In this document: positions 1 to 9,203 of the stretch, piece by piece | How the letters are laid out: each line of letters begins with the position of its first letter | How positions within the stretch are numbered: position 1 is the stretch's first letter | Assembly (NCBI GenBank): GCA_050298055.1 | Contig: JBNKTL010000041.1 | Location: forward strand, 23,832-40,073 | Length of the DNA stretch: 16,242 bases | Source: Spirochaetota bacterium | GTDB lineage: Bacteria > Spirochaetota > UBA4802 > UBA5550 | Direction of reading: 5' to 3' | Translations under genes and position numbers: made by a program | Notes under the pieces: generated by a model | What the model was told of the DNA's origin: nothing | The model's input: the letters and a program-made list of their open reading frames with translations, nothing else | Databases searched by the model: none

Positions 1-1
1 A

Positions 2-475
2 ATAAAATCCAGTTATTGGTATGTTGAATGCAATGGTGAAGAAGATGAAAGAGTTGAGAAATATCATGAATTAAATGTTGATTTAGGAAGATGGAATGAC
101 AAAGTTAAAATTGTTTATGGAACTTCTTCTCGAGAATATTTCAGAGGTTACATTTTAACTAGCAATACCAGAGTAGCTAAAGATTTACTAAATAAATTCA
201 ATAATTTTTTGGTGTATCAAGGTAAATATGGTGGAATAAAAAAATTTTGCTCTCAAGAGCTAACATTAATAACTGCCTTAGAAACTACACTTTTTTTTGA
301 GACCGATGCTAAGAAGTATTTGGGCGACAAGATTACCCTAGATGAAATTGTAAAAGAATTGTCGGAAGAATTAGCATTTGGAATAAAGCATGGTTTTATG
401 AATAACTTTGATAAGTCTACTATTGAAATTGAAAATGATTTGAGAGAAATAATATTGATAAGTAAAAACACATAA
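2..475 (+). CDS. Hypothetical protein, 5'-truncated by the window edge; probable integron cassette gene
   Basis: The frame is open from base 2 (IKSSYWYVECNGEEDERVEKYHELNVDLGRW...) through the listed 209..475 ORF. It is AT-rich, and its TAA stop lies inside the R'' box of the attC site. No family recognised. Confidence 0.75.
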   Translation: MKSSYWYVECNGEEDERVEKYHELNVDLGRWNDKVKIVYGTSSREYFRGYILTSNTRVAKDLLNKFNNFLVYQGKYGGIKKFCSQELTLITALETTLFFETDAKKYLGDKITLDEIVKELSEELAFGIKHGFMNNFDKSTIEIENDLREIILISKNT

Positions 476-546
476 TCAGGCGTTCAACCTGACTTTTACT
501 GCACCGCTTTGCGGCTTCGTAAAAGCAGGTTAACTTAATGTTAAAC
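470..546 (+). mobile_element. Integron attC recombination site (77 bp)
   Basis: R'' ACATAAT, 5 nt, L'' GTTCAACC, TGAC, TTTTAC, inner CCGC-TTT-GCGG hairpin, GTAAAAG, CA, L' GGTTAAC, 5 nt, R' GTTAAAC (GTTRRRY). The arms pair with an unpaired C in L'' and an unpaired A in TGAC, as in canonical attC sites. Confidence 0.88.
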
Positions 547-589
547 AGAAACAAAACAAGTAAAAAAATAACCTGAATTTATATCCAGT

Positions 590-621
590 GATGTGTTTAT
601 TTTTGCAAAATTATACACATC
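590..621. promoter_or_regulatory. 32-bp palindrome, probable antitoxin autorepression operator
   Basis: GATGTGTTTATTTTTG/CAAAATTATACACATC, arms match at 14/16, ending 10 bp before the vapB-like ATG. Confidence 0.6.
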
Positions 622-631
622 TGAGGATTGA

Positions 632-820
632 ATGCGTACAAACATTATTATCGATGATAATCTCATGACAGACGCAATGAGAGTTGCCGGTTATAAAACA
701 AAGAAAGAAACCGTTGAGGAAGCATGAAAGCTCTTAATAACAATGAAGATCCAGGCGAAGATCAGAAAATATCGCGGGAAGCTCAAATGGAAATCAACTT
801 GTTCCATCGGTGTTTATTGA
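632..820 (+). pseudogene. vapB: VapB-family (DUF2191-type) antitoxin, in-frame stop and lost C-terminus
   Basis: MRTNIIIDDNLMTDAMRVAGYKTKKETVEEA*KLLITMKIQAKIRKYRGKLKW fits the family pattern MRTNI.ID..LM..A...G.KTKKE.VEEALKLL...RGKL.W. TGA at 725-727 replaces the expected Leu, similarity stops after W (790), and no vapC follows. GAGG SD upstream. Confidence 0.8.
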
Positions 821-862
821 CGGCGAATGCCATAAGCCTGAAATATCTTTAAATGAGATAGT

Positions 863-1185
863 TTAAACATTTATTGTTTCACCTTGTAACCGGGCTGTTT
901 CAATAATTGCGCTGCTGTCATCTGTTTCCCACTGTTTCAGTCCGCAGGGAATGGGCTCGATCCGGCTGTCAATTCTGGCCGAGATCCTACAGAGTGAACT
1001 GATGTCATCCCGAGTTAATGCTCTGTCATAAGATTCTGATACGACAATAATATCAATATCACTCCACTCGTTCTGAGTCCCTGATCTGTGTGATCCATAG
1101 AGTACGGCAAAAGGAGATTTTATACCGCCCTCTTCCAGTTTTTCAGATGATTCCGAATGGTATTTATAACAGGCTTTTCAGCCAT
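863..1185 (-). pseudogene. Minimal nucleotidyltransferase (MNT) antitoxin-like gene with a 1-bp frameshift
   Basis: MAEKPVINTIRNHLK/LEEGGIKSPFAVLYGSHRSGTQNEWSDIDIIVVS...IEPIPCG...GETINV* has the GS...SDID motif. An A5 run (T 1139-1143 on +) needs a sixth A to restore the frame. AAAGGAGG SD upstream. Confidence 0.8.
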
Positions 1186-1268
1186 AATCGGGCCTCCTTT
1201 TCTGCAACTTCAAATTCTTCATCTGAGGATGACATCCAATATGAGACTTGTTTATTAATATCTACCAT
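1164..1268 (-). pseudogene. HEPN-domain gene remnant (34 aa; N- and C-termini fused in frame)
   Basis: MVDINKQVSYWMSSSDEEFEVAE|KEARLWLKSLL* reads as a HEPN-like first helix joined to a HEPN-like tail. It overlaps the MNT start in the usual HEPN-MNT arrangement. Confidence 0.65.
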
Positions 1269-1275
1269 AAACCTT

Positions 1276-1303
1276 ATTCTATTTGAACTTTTATCTCTGT
1301 CAA
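1276..1303 (-). promoter_or_regulatory. Sigma70-like promoter for HEPN-MNT
   Basis: TTGACA-16 nt-TAGAAT on the minus strand, 7 nt before the ATG at 1268. Confidence 0.5.
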
Positions 1304-1327
1304 ATATAATAATTATCTGCTCATGTA

Positions 1328-1747
1328 CTAGAAATCATAAAGGTTCAGCCCGATCTCCTCCGAAAACTTCCTGTTGACCTCTCCTTCAATAACATCAATA
1401 ATTCCTTCGAATGTAGCGCTCACAACAGCAGAGTTCAGGTGCCCCGCATGTGATCCGAACTCCTCATTCCCCAGGTTTACATGGCAGTGGAGGTATATTT
1501 CTCCGTCCAGGGTAGAGATATTTCCGTAAAGGGGGGCTATCTCGAAGTCGCCGGCAAGCTCCCTGGAGAAGTACTCTTTTTTCCCCGTATCAAAATAACC
1601 TATGACGGCTTTTCCCGTTGCTCCCAGACCGTTTATGGTGCCAATCTTAATATTTTTCTCTTTACAGAAATTTTTCAGGGTTTCTATTATCTCTTCTCCC
1701 CTGTCTATCCTGATGATATATTTCGAACCGAATTTCCTGAATTCCAT
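1328..1747 (-). CDS. PPC domain (DUF296) putative DNA-binding protein
   Basis: RIDRGEEI, GLGA, EI..L.GNIS, LHCHVNLG, AGHL motifs; GGAG SD. Confidence 0.9.
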   Translation of the reverse strand: MEFRKFGSKYIIRIDRGEEIIETLKNFCKEKNIKIGTINGLGATGKAVIGYFDTGKKEYFSRELAGDFEIAPLYGNISTLDGEIYLHCHVNLGNEEFGSHAGHLNSAVVSATFEGIIDVIEGEVNRKFSEEIGLNLYDF

Positions 1748-1840
1748 CCCCTTTTCTCCATAAAAATAATACTGAAATATATGTTATTACACTATTCATA
1801 TCAAGTAATATTTCACTTCATTCTTCCCTGTTCCTCGGGC

Positions 1841-2503
1841 GTGATTGAAATTCCGGGATAAAGCCGGTTTTTTTATAAAAGGATTTTTCTAACTTTTTTG
1901 CTGTGGTTTTGGTTAGAGCATGAGTCTTCCCAGGGTTTTTTGGTCTGGAAATCCCAGAATCGAGATAAAAAGGGGAACAGTATCCAACATTCGCGTAATA
2001 TACACAAAATTTCTCGCATAGTTATCCAAGATCTTTTTATGATCCCTGGGATTACTCAGATCATAAACAAGTTCATCAAGATAATGCCTGATGGCAAAGC
2101 CAATAAGCCATGAAACGGAAAACTTAAAATTCCTTCTTAAATCCAGGTACTTCTCATAAAAAACAGAATCTATGTTAATATGCTCTTTTTCCAGGATAAT
2201 AAAATCCTCACCCCACTTCTGGTAGGTGACTCTTTCATAGGGCCTGGGTTCAAACTCGTTTTTCCTGATTATCCGTTCGAGAAGAAGTGAGATCATGCTA
2301 TTATTTGAGAGACGGAGTCTACCCGCGGCCTCTTCCAGTTTTTCAAGAAGTTCCGAGTCAATAGTGATGGTGGTTCTCATAATGTTCAACCTCCCGGTAT
2401 TTTGATCAGAATTACAATTATTCCTCACTATTAATACGATTCTGAAACCGGGTTCATTAAAACTTTTTTTAATTTCGGGGAATTTTCCCGGAATTTAAAT
2501 CAC
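1841..2503. mobile_element. Putative inverted-repeat-bounded unit carrying one gene
   Basis: GTGATTGAAATTCCGGGA (1841-1858) and TCCCGGAATTTAAATCAC (2486-2503) are inverted at 17/18. Flanks 1825-1840 and 2504-2519 are an imperfect direct repeat (11/16). Confidence 0.45.
1913..2380 (-). CDS. Hypothetical protein with N-terminal ribbon-helix-helix-like segment (DUF1564-like)
   Basis: MRTTITIDSELLEKLEEAA...ISLLLERII resembles an RHH. VTYQ...YLDLRRNFKFSVSWL resembles spirochaete DUF1564-type proteins. ATG 2380 has a GGGAGG SD and is preferred over 2428. Confidence 0.7.
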   Translation of the reverse strand: MRTTITIDSELLEKLEEAAGRLRLSNNSMISLLLERIIRKNEFEPRPYERVTYQKWGEDFIILEKEHINIDSVFYEKYLDLRRNFKFSVSWLIGFAIRHYLDELVYDLSNPRDHKKILDNYARNFVYITRMLDTVPLFISILGFPDQKTLGRLML

Positions 2504-2563
2504 TCTCTGTTCCACGAAAGATATTTTATTGACAACTTGATAACAGAGCTCTCTATTGTTTAC

Positions 2564-2716
2564 ATGAAAACATTACAGGAAAAAATCGCCGTTCTCGTTC
2601 CCTTTGACAAATATATAAAGAAAAATAAAAGAAAGCTCGGGATGCTTGAAAAGAGGGCCTCATTTCATATGAAAAAAGATTTTGAAATTTCCGATGAAGA
2701 ATTCTTAGATTCATGA
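2564..2716 (+). pseudogene. Phd/YefM-family antitoxin with apparent in-frame internal deletion (50 aa)
   Basis: MKTLQ|EKIAVLVPFDKYIKKNKRKLGMLEKRASFHMKKDFEISDEEFLDS*. The C-terminal half (IAVLVP, KRKLG.L, DF.I.DEEFL) is typical, but the ELK..FS.V/EI.I segment is absent. ATGA overlap with the next ORF. Confidence 0.65.
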
Positions 2717-2775
2717 ACTGCCTTCTTGTATTTTTGTGGGCATTATTTTCTACGAATCAGCTTGCTAAAAAATAA
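2713..2775 (+). pseudogene. vapC: VapC/PIN toxin N-terminal remnant (20 aa)
   Basis: MNCLLVFLWALFSTNQLAKK* equals the M..LLDTH.FLW.L.....L start with DTH missing. Translationally coupled to the antitoxin. Confidence 0.55.
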
Positions 2776-2807
2776 ATGGAACTTCCCGGCGGGCATAAAA
2801 TCCTGCG

Positions 2808-2822
2808 CCCCCTGAGGGGGTT
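2808..2822. repeat. Short palindrome CCCCCTGAGGGGGTT; inverted copy at 12759-12773
   Basis: Exact 15-bp reverse-complement match between two intergenic sites. Confidence 0.5.
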
Positions 2823-3000
2823 GGGGCAAAAGCTATTTTATCCTTGAAAACTGCTTGAAAAAAAGTCAAGATTAGATTAGATAGTATTGAGAGATGAAAA
2901 GTAGCGGTTAAGCTGTATTTATTTTCCATCATACAGCAGGGCATGTATGGTGGACCCATAGATCATTCTATTTAAGATTAAGATTAAAAAAAGGAGATAA

Positions 3001-3135
3001 CTACCCGGCTGTTTGTCTGAAAGAGAGATTTTAAATAAAAGAGTAACAATATGTCTACTCCGCCTGCGGCGGCGGGAACACAGCAGTTATTTTAAATTTA
3101 TTAACATGCCTGTTTTTTAGATTAAGCCCGGGTAG
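3001..3135. mobile_element. MITE-like insertion (135 bp) with 16-bp target-site duplication
   Basis: Ends CTACCCGGCT...AGCCCGGGTAG are inverted. They are directly flanked by TAAAAAAAGGAGATAA (2985-3000) and TAAAAAAAGGAGATTA (3136-3151). Central palindrome CCGCCTGCGGCGG at 3060-3072. Confidence 0.75.
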
Positions 3136-3138
3136 TAA

Positions 3139-4860
<1,722 letters not shown>

Positions 4861-4864
<4 letters not shown>

Positions 4865-5448
4865 AGCACCTCAACTGGGAGTATTCAGAGGAAGATATTG
4901 AAACCATAAAGAGGCAGCTCAATGCCGAGGACGTAAGGTTGACCGGTGTGGCTGAAAGATGCAGGTGGGGCTGTCCCTCCGTGATCATTCTCTATCCCTT
5001 CAGGAGACCGGAAGGCGGCGAACCTGATATGAAGAGACTGAATTATACGTCAATATCAACACTGATATGGCTTAGCTGTCCGTACCTTAATGAAAGGATC
5101 CACAGGATTGAATCTGACGGATATGTAAAAAAGATCGGTACCTGGATACACGACAAAAGGGAATATCTTGACAGCATGAGGTTTGCTCACGCGCATTATT
5201 ATTTCCTTCGAAAGAATGTCTACAGGCATTTCCTGGGAGAAGTTACTTCCCTGGAAGAGAACGTGAGGCTTTTTAACGCGGGCATCGGGGGAATAAGCAA
5301 TACTGATACCATCAAGTGCCTGCATCTTCACTACGCGCATTTCAGGCTGTGCGACAGGAACTTCGCGGGGAGGATCACTTCAATGCTGCTCAACGGCGAT
5401 ATCTACTGTGATGACCGCATCTGCTGTGAGCAGGACCGGGAGAGTTGA
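4861..5448 (+). CDS. DUF501 family protein
   Basis: RC.WG.PSV, WLSCP.L..I.RIE..G, GIGG...KCLH.H.A motifs; eno-ftsB-DUF501 synteny. Confidence 0.88.
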
Positions 5449-5451
5449 CCC

Positions 5452-6099
5452 ATGACTGTACCTAAAACCGAAATGGTTGTATTAAAAAAACTGAAAAAAG
5501 GGGGGAGCTTAAACTCGGAGGCGAGCTGGAAACTTGTGAGGTCTCTCAGCAACGGAAATATTATCGCCATGCCGGTCGACTGTCACTTTGGTTATGTGGG
5601 TGCCGCGGATACGGGAGCGGAAAAGAAGATCCTTGAACTGTCAGATATGAATGATGAGAGGATTATCAGGGTTATATCCTCCTTTAAGATGCTTGAAAAG
5701 ATTGCAGTTATTAATAAATTCAAGTTTGATTTCCTGCACAGGGTCTGGCCGGGAGATGTTATCGTGAAACTCAAAAGAAAGGTCCCCACAAAAAGGAGTG
5801 ATTCACTCTTCGTGTTAACTCCCAAAAACAGGTATCTCCTGGAGATTGTTGAGACCATCAGGAGACCCATACTCTTTGTTAAGGGATACAACCAGGGTAA
5901 GTTTATTAAATCGAGCAACAGGATACTTCTGAACAGGTACAAAAAGAATTCGGGGCTTATCCTTATCATTGATGAGCTCTGCAAGGAATATCCGGCACCT
6001 ACAATCCTTGATCTCTCCGGTGAAGAGCTCGTTATAATCCAGGAGGGGAAAATTTCTGCAGATGAAATAAAATCCCTCTACTTCCTTGACAAAGTCTGA
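5452..6099 (+). CDS. Sua5/YciO/YrdC family protein, divergent
   Basis: G.IIAMP.D..FG, WPG, PTILDL, I.EG.I pattern; catalytic motifs appear degenerate. Confidence 0.8.
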   Translation: MTVPKTEMVVLKKLKKGGSLNSEASWKLVRSLSNGNIIAMPVDCHFGYVGAADTGAEKKILELSDMNDERIIRVISSFKMLEKIAVINKFKFDFLHRVWPGDVIVKLKRKVPTKRSDSLFVLTPKNRYLLEIVETIRRPILFVKGYNQGKFIKSSNRILLNRYKKNSGLILIIDELCKEYPAPTILDLSGEELVIIQEGKISADEIKSLYFLDKV

Positions 6100-6191
6100 T
6101 CTTTATCTAAACTCATACCTCAATACTTTTTCACTATTAATTCCTAAACATGATTGACTATTGTATAAAAAAAAGAATAGAAAAAACAAAA

Positions 6192-6292
6192 GATTTGAAA
6201 CCGCAGATGCACGCAGATGAACACAGATAAAATAAGAGAAGAAAAAGAAAAAAAGCTATCTGCGTTTATCCGCGTTTATCTGCGGCTAAATC
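6192..6292. repeat. Palindromic element built from 10-bp tandem units
   Basis: CCGCAGATGC ACGCAGATGA ACACAGATA (6201-6229) is inverted to TATCTGCGT TTATCCGCGT TTATCTGCGG (6257-6285), with outer GATTT/AAATC. Confidence 0.85.
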
Positions 6293-9147
6293 CCCTGTTA
6301 TTCACCGCGATCATCCTGCTTTTCTCTGTCCCCGCATATCCCTTCGGGAAAAACAAGGTGAACTATGACAGGTACAACTGGAGGGTCATGAAAACCATCC
6401 ACTTCGACATCCACTATCCCGGGGGCATGGAAGATCTTGCCCTGAAAGCGGGGAGGATCGCGGAAGAGGGGTACGTTTATATATCCAACTCCCTGAGACA
6501 TGAACTTACCGATATTGTGAAACTGGTCATCTATCCCTCGCATATATCCTTTCAGAATGAGAACATTCTCCCCTTTATTCTCGGGGAGGGGACCGGGGGG
6601 TATACGGAACCCATTAAGAACAGGATCGTTATCCCCTATACCGGTTCAGATCATGATTTTCGGCATGTTCTCACCCATGAACTGGTCCATGCCTTCCAGT
6701 TTAATCTCCTGTTCGCGGACAAGTTCGGGACAGAACTGCCGAAATTCGGTCCTCCCCGGGTACCGCTCTGGGTCATGGAGGGACTGGCGGAGTATCTCTC
6801 CATCGGGTTTGACGAGACGGCGGATATGATCATGAGGGACGCCCTCTTCAACGAAAAGTACTCCGACCTGGTGCAGCTTACCCTTCTCAGGGTGGTGAGC
6901 CCCTATATGATATACAAGGAGGGACAGTCCTTCTTCTACTTCCTGGAGCAGAAGTACGGCAGGGAGGCAATAGGAGAACTTTTCCGGGACCTCCGGGACA
7001 TCCCGAATATCGATGAGGCCTTTAAGGCGACTACGGGGAAAAAACTGGAGGAGATAAACAGGGAATGGATACGGTTTTATAAGAAGAGGTACTTCCACCT
7101 GGTCAGGGACAAGAACTTCGATGACGATGAGGGGAAACGGTTCACCGATCATGAGAAAACACACTCCTATGTAAATATCTGTCCCGCCATCTCTCCCGAC
7201 GGAAAGAAGATGGCCTTCATAACAAACGAGAACATTTATACCAGTATTGTGATAAAGCCGATCACGGATAAAAAGAAAATAAAGGAGCGGTCAATACGCG
7301 TGGTTGTAAAGGGCAACGCGGGATCGAAGTTTGAAGGGATGCATCTTCTCAGCAACTACCTCACCTGGAGTGGGTCCGGCAGGCTCCTCTCCTTTGTGGC
7401 CCAGTCTTACGGAAGGGACGTCATCTACCTGGCGGACCCGGAGAAGGGTAAGCTCGTTGATGAGATCAATCTTCCCATGAGGGACATCAGGGACCCCTCC
7501 CTTTCATGGGACGGCAGGTATATAAGCTTCATCGGTTCCGGTGACGGGGCCATCGATATATTCATGTATGACAGGGTTGATAAAAAACTCACCAGGATCA
7601 CCGATGACAATTTCACGGAGAGATACCCGAGGCTCGGCCGGGACAACAGGTACATCATATACTCATCCAACGTGAATGGGAAGGGTGATCCTCACCGGAA
7701 CGGTTATAATATCTACCGGATGGAAATTTCTTCGGGGAGGAGAGAACCCCTGGTGAAGAGCAGGGGAAACAACCTCCAGGCCGACATATCCCACGACGGG
7801 AAAAAAATCATCTTTATCTCCAACAGGTCCGGTATCTATAATGTCTATATCCATGACATTGTATCAAAAAAGACGGTGAAGGTCACGGATGTCCTGTCGG
7901 GAATATTCTATCCCCGGTGGTTTCCCGGCGATCAAAAAATTGCCTATGTATCCTATATGAACGCGGGATATGATATCTTTACCAAGGAACTGAAGGAGAA
8001 GGACTTTAAGGATGATACGAAGAGAAAAGACACCGAGTACGCGGGCATCGATTATCCCGACCCATACTTTCCCCTGGGCAGCAGCATCTTCAGGGACTAC
8101 GACCCCTACCTCACATCGGACTTTCTCAGCCTGGGGCTCCTGGGCAGTTTTGGCCAGGGACTTATCGGGATTCTCCAGTTTTCACTCTCGGACATGCTGG
8201 GCAACCACAGGGTCATCTTTACGTCAAACATTGTGAGGTCGGAGGGGAATAACGACTACAATCTTGATCTTGCTTACTACTATCTCAAACACAGGTGGGA
8301 TTTCGGGATAGGCCTCTTCAGGCACAAGAACCCGTTTTTTATCTACTCCCTGGCCAATATCAATGAGCTCATTCATAACGCCAATTACGGGACCCTCTAC
8401 ATGGACCATTACGGCGGATATGCCGTGGCCAGCTATCCCTTCAGCAGGTACTTCCGGTTTGACATAAAGGGGTCCACAAGCAGGTATGAGAGGGACTATT
8501 CCGTCTACTCGGGAAGGCCGGACACCTATGCGAACCTCAACAAGCTTTCCCTTGGCCTGAGCTACGACAGTGTCCTCTGGGGGGGGATGACACCCGCGGA
8601 CGGTTTCCGGGGAAGGATTGAACTGGAGCGGAGCTTTAATATTACCGGGCAGGATTTCTCATATTCCAACGCGGATATCGACCTGAGAAAGTATTTTCTC
8701 CTGGGGAAAAAGTATACCCTTGCCCTGAGGGGCATATCCGGAAAAATATTCGGCCGGGACAGTGATTCATTCAAGTACTATATCGGCGGTTACAATACCG
8801 TGCGGGGGCATCCCTTCATGGAATACAGCGGTGAAAACATGTTCGTGGCAAACGCCGAGTTCAGGTTTGTGTTTATTGAGGGCATCAAGTTCGGCTGGCC
8901 TCTCTTTTTCGGTGTGGGGAACATCGGAGGGGTCCTCTTTTACGATGCCGGTTCCGCGTGGGACAATGGGTTTCACTACAAAGACCGGGAGACCGGCAGG
9001 TATGATGACCTGAAGTCCGGTTTCGGTTTTGGGTTGAGGTTTGCCATCTATCCGGTGATTATCCTGAAATTTGACTGGGCATGGCCCTATGACGGGGAAT
9101 CGGTGGGGAATAAGGATTTTATTTTCAGTATAGGGTTTGAGTATTAG
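6217..9147 (+). CDS. Omp85/BamA-TamA family outer-membrane protein with peptidase MA-like and PD40/TolB propeller domains
   Basis: Signal peptide, FGKNKV, HELVH plus W..EGLAEY (gluzincin-like), repeated SPDGKK/SHDGKK units, loop motif GG..TVRGH, C-terminal FSIGFEY strand. Confidence 0.88.
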   Translation: MNTDKIREEKEKKLSAFIRVYLRLNPLLFTAIILLFSVPAYPFGKNKVNYDRYNWRVMKTIHFDIHYPGGMEDLALKAGRIAEEGYVYISNSLRHELTDIVKLVIYPSHISFQNENILPFILGEGTGGYTEPIKNRIVIPYTGSDHDFRHVLTHELVHAFQFNLLFADKFGTELPKFGPPRVPLWVMEGLAEYLSIGFDETADMIMRDALFNEKYSDLVQLTLLRVVSPYMIYKEGQSFFYFLEQKYGREAIGELFRDLRDIPNIDEAFKATTGKKLEEINREWIRFYKKRYFHLVRDKNFDDDEGKRFTDHEKTHSYVNICPAISPDGKKMAFITNENIYTSIVIKPITDKKKIKERSIRVVVKGNAGSKFEGMHLLSNYLTWSGSGRLLSFVAQSYGRDVIYLADPEKGKLVDEINLPMRDIRDPSLSWDGRYISFIGSGDGAIDIFMYDRVDKKLTRITDDNFTERYPRLGRDNRYIIYSSNVNGKGDPHRNGYNIYRMEISSGRREPLVKSRGNNLQADISHDGKKIIFISNRSGIYNVYIHDIVSKKTVKVTDVLSGIFYPRWFPGDQKIAYVSYMNAGYDIFTKELKEKDFKDDTKRKDTEYAGIDYPDPYFPLGSSIFRDYDPYLTSDFLSLGLLGSFGQGLIGILQFSLSDMLGNHRVIFTSNIVRSEGNNDYNLDLAYYYLKHRWDFGIGLFRHKNPFFIYSLANINELIHNANYGTLYMDHYGGYAVASYPFSRYFRFDIKGSTSRYERDYSVYSGRPDTYANLNKLSLGLSYDSVLWGGMTPADGFRGRIELERSFNITGQDFSYSNADIDLRKYFLLGKKYTLALRGISGKIFGRDSDSFKYYIGGYNTVRGHPFMEYSGENMFVANAEFRFVFIEGIKFGWPLFFGVGNIGGVLFYDAGSAWDNGFHYKDRETGRYDDLKSGFGFGLRFAIYPVIILKFDWAWPYDGESVGNKDFIFSIGFEY

Positions 9148-9203
9148 GTACCTCAACCCCCTGGCCCCCTCAGTCGAGAGCTCATCGGACCTCCTGTCCC
9201 ATT

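Noticed and set aside
725..727. TGA recoding or alternative genetic code
   Set aside because: TGA terminates several core genes here (DUF501, hisB, hisH, hisA), and the expected residue is Leu.
791..862. Possible vapC remnant after vapB
   Set aside because: No frame gives a convincing PIN motif.
1090..1377. 95-aa plus-strand ORF
   Set aside because: It is antisense to the HEPN/MNT remnants and the PPC gene end, with no motif.
2765..2959. 64-aa minus-strand ORF
   Set aside because: It runs through palindromic intergenic DNA with no recognisable motif.
6201..6285. CRISPR-like array
   Set aside because: The units are 10-bp tandem and inverted with no spacers, and there are no cas genes.
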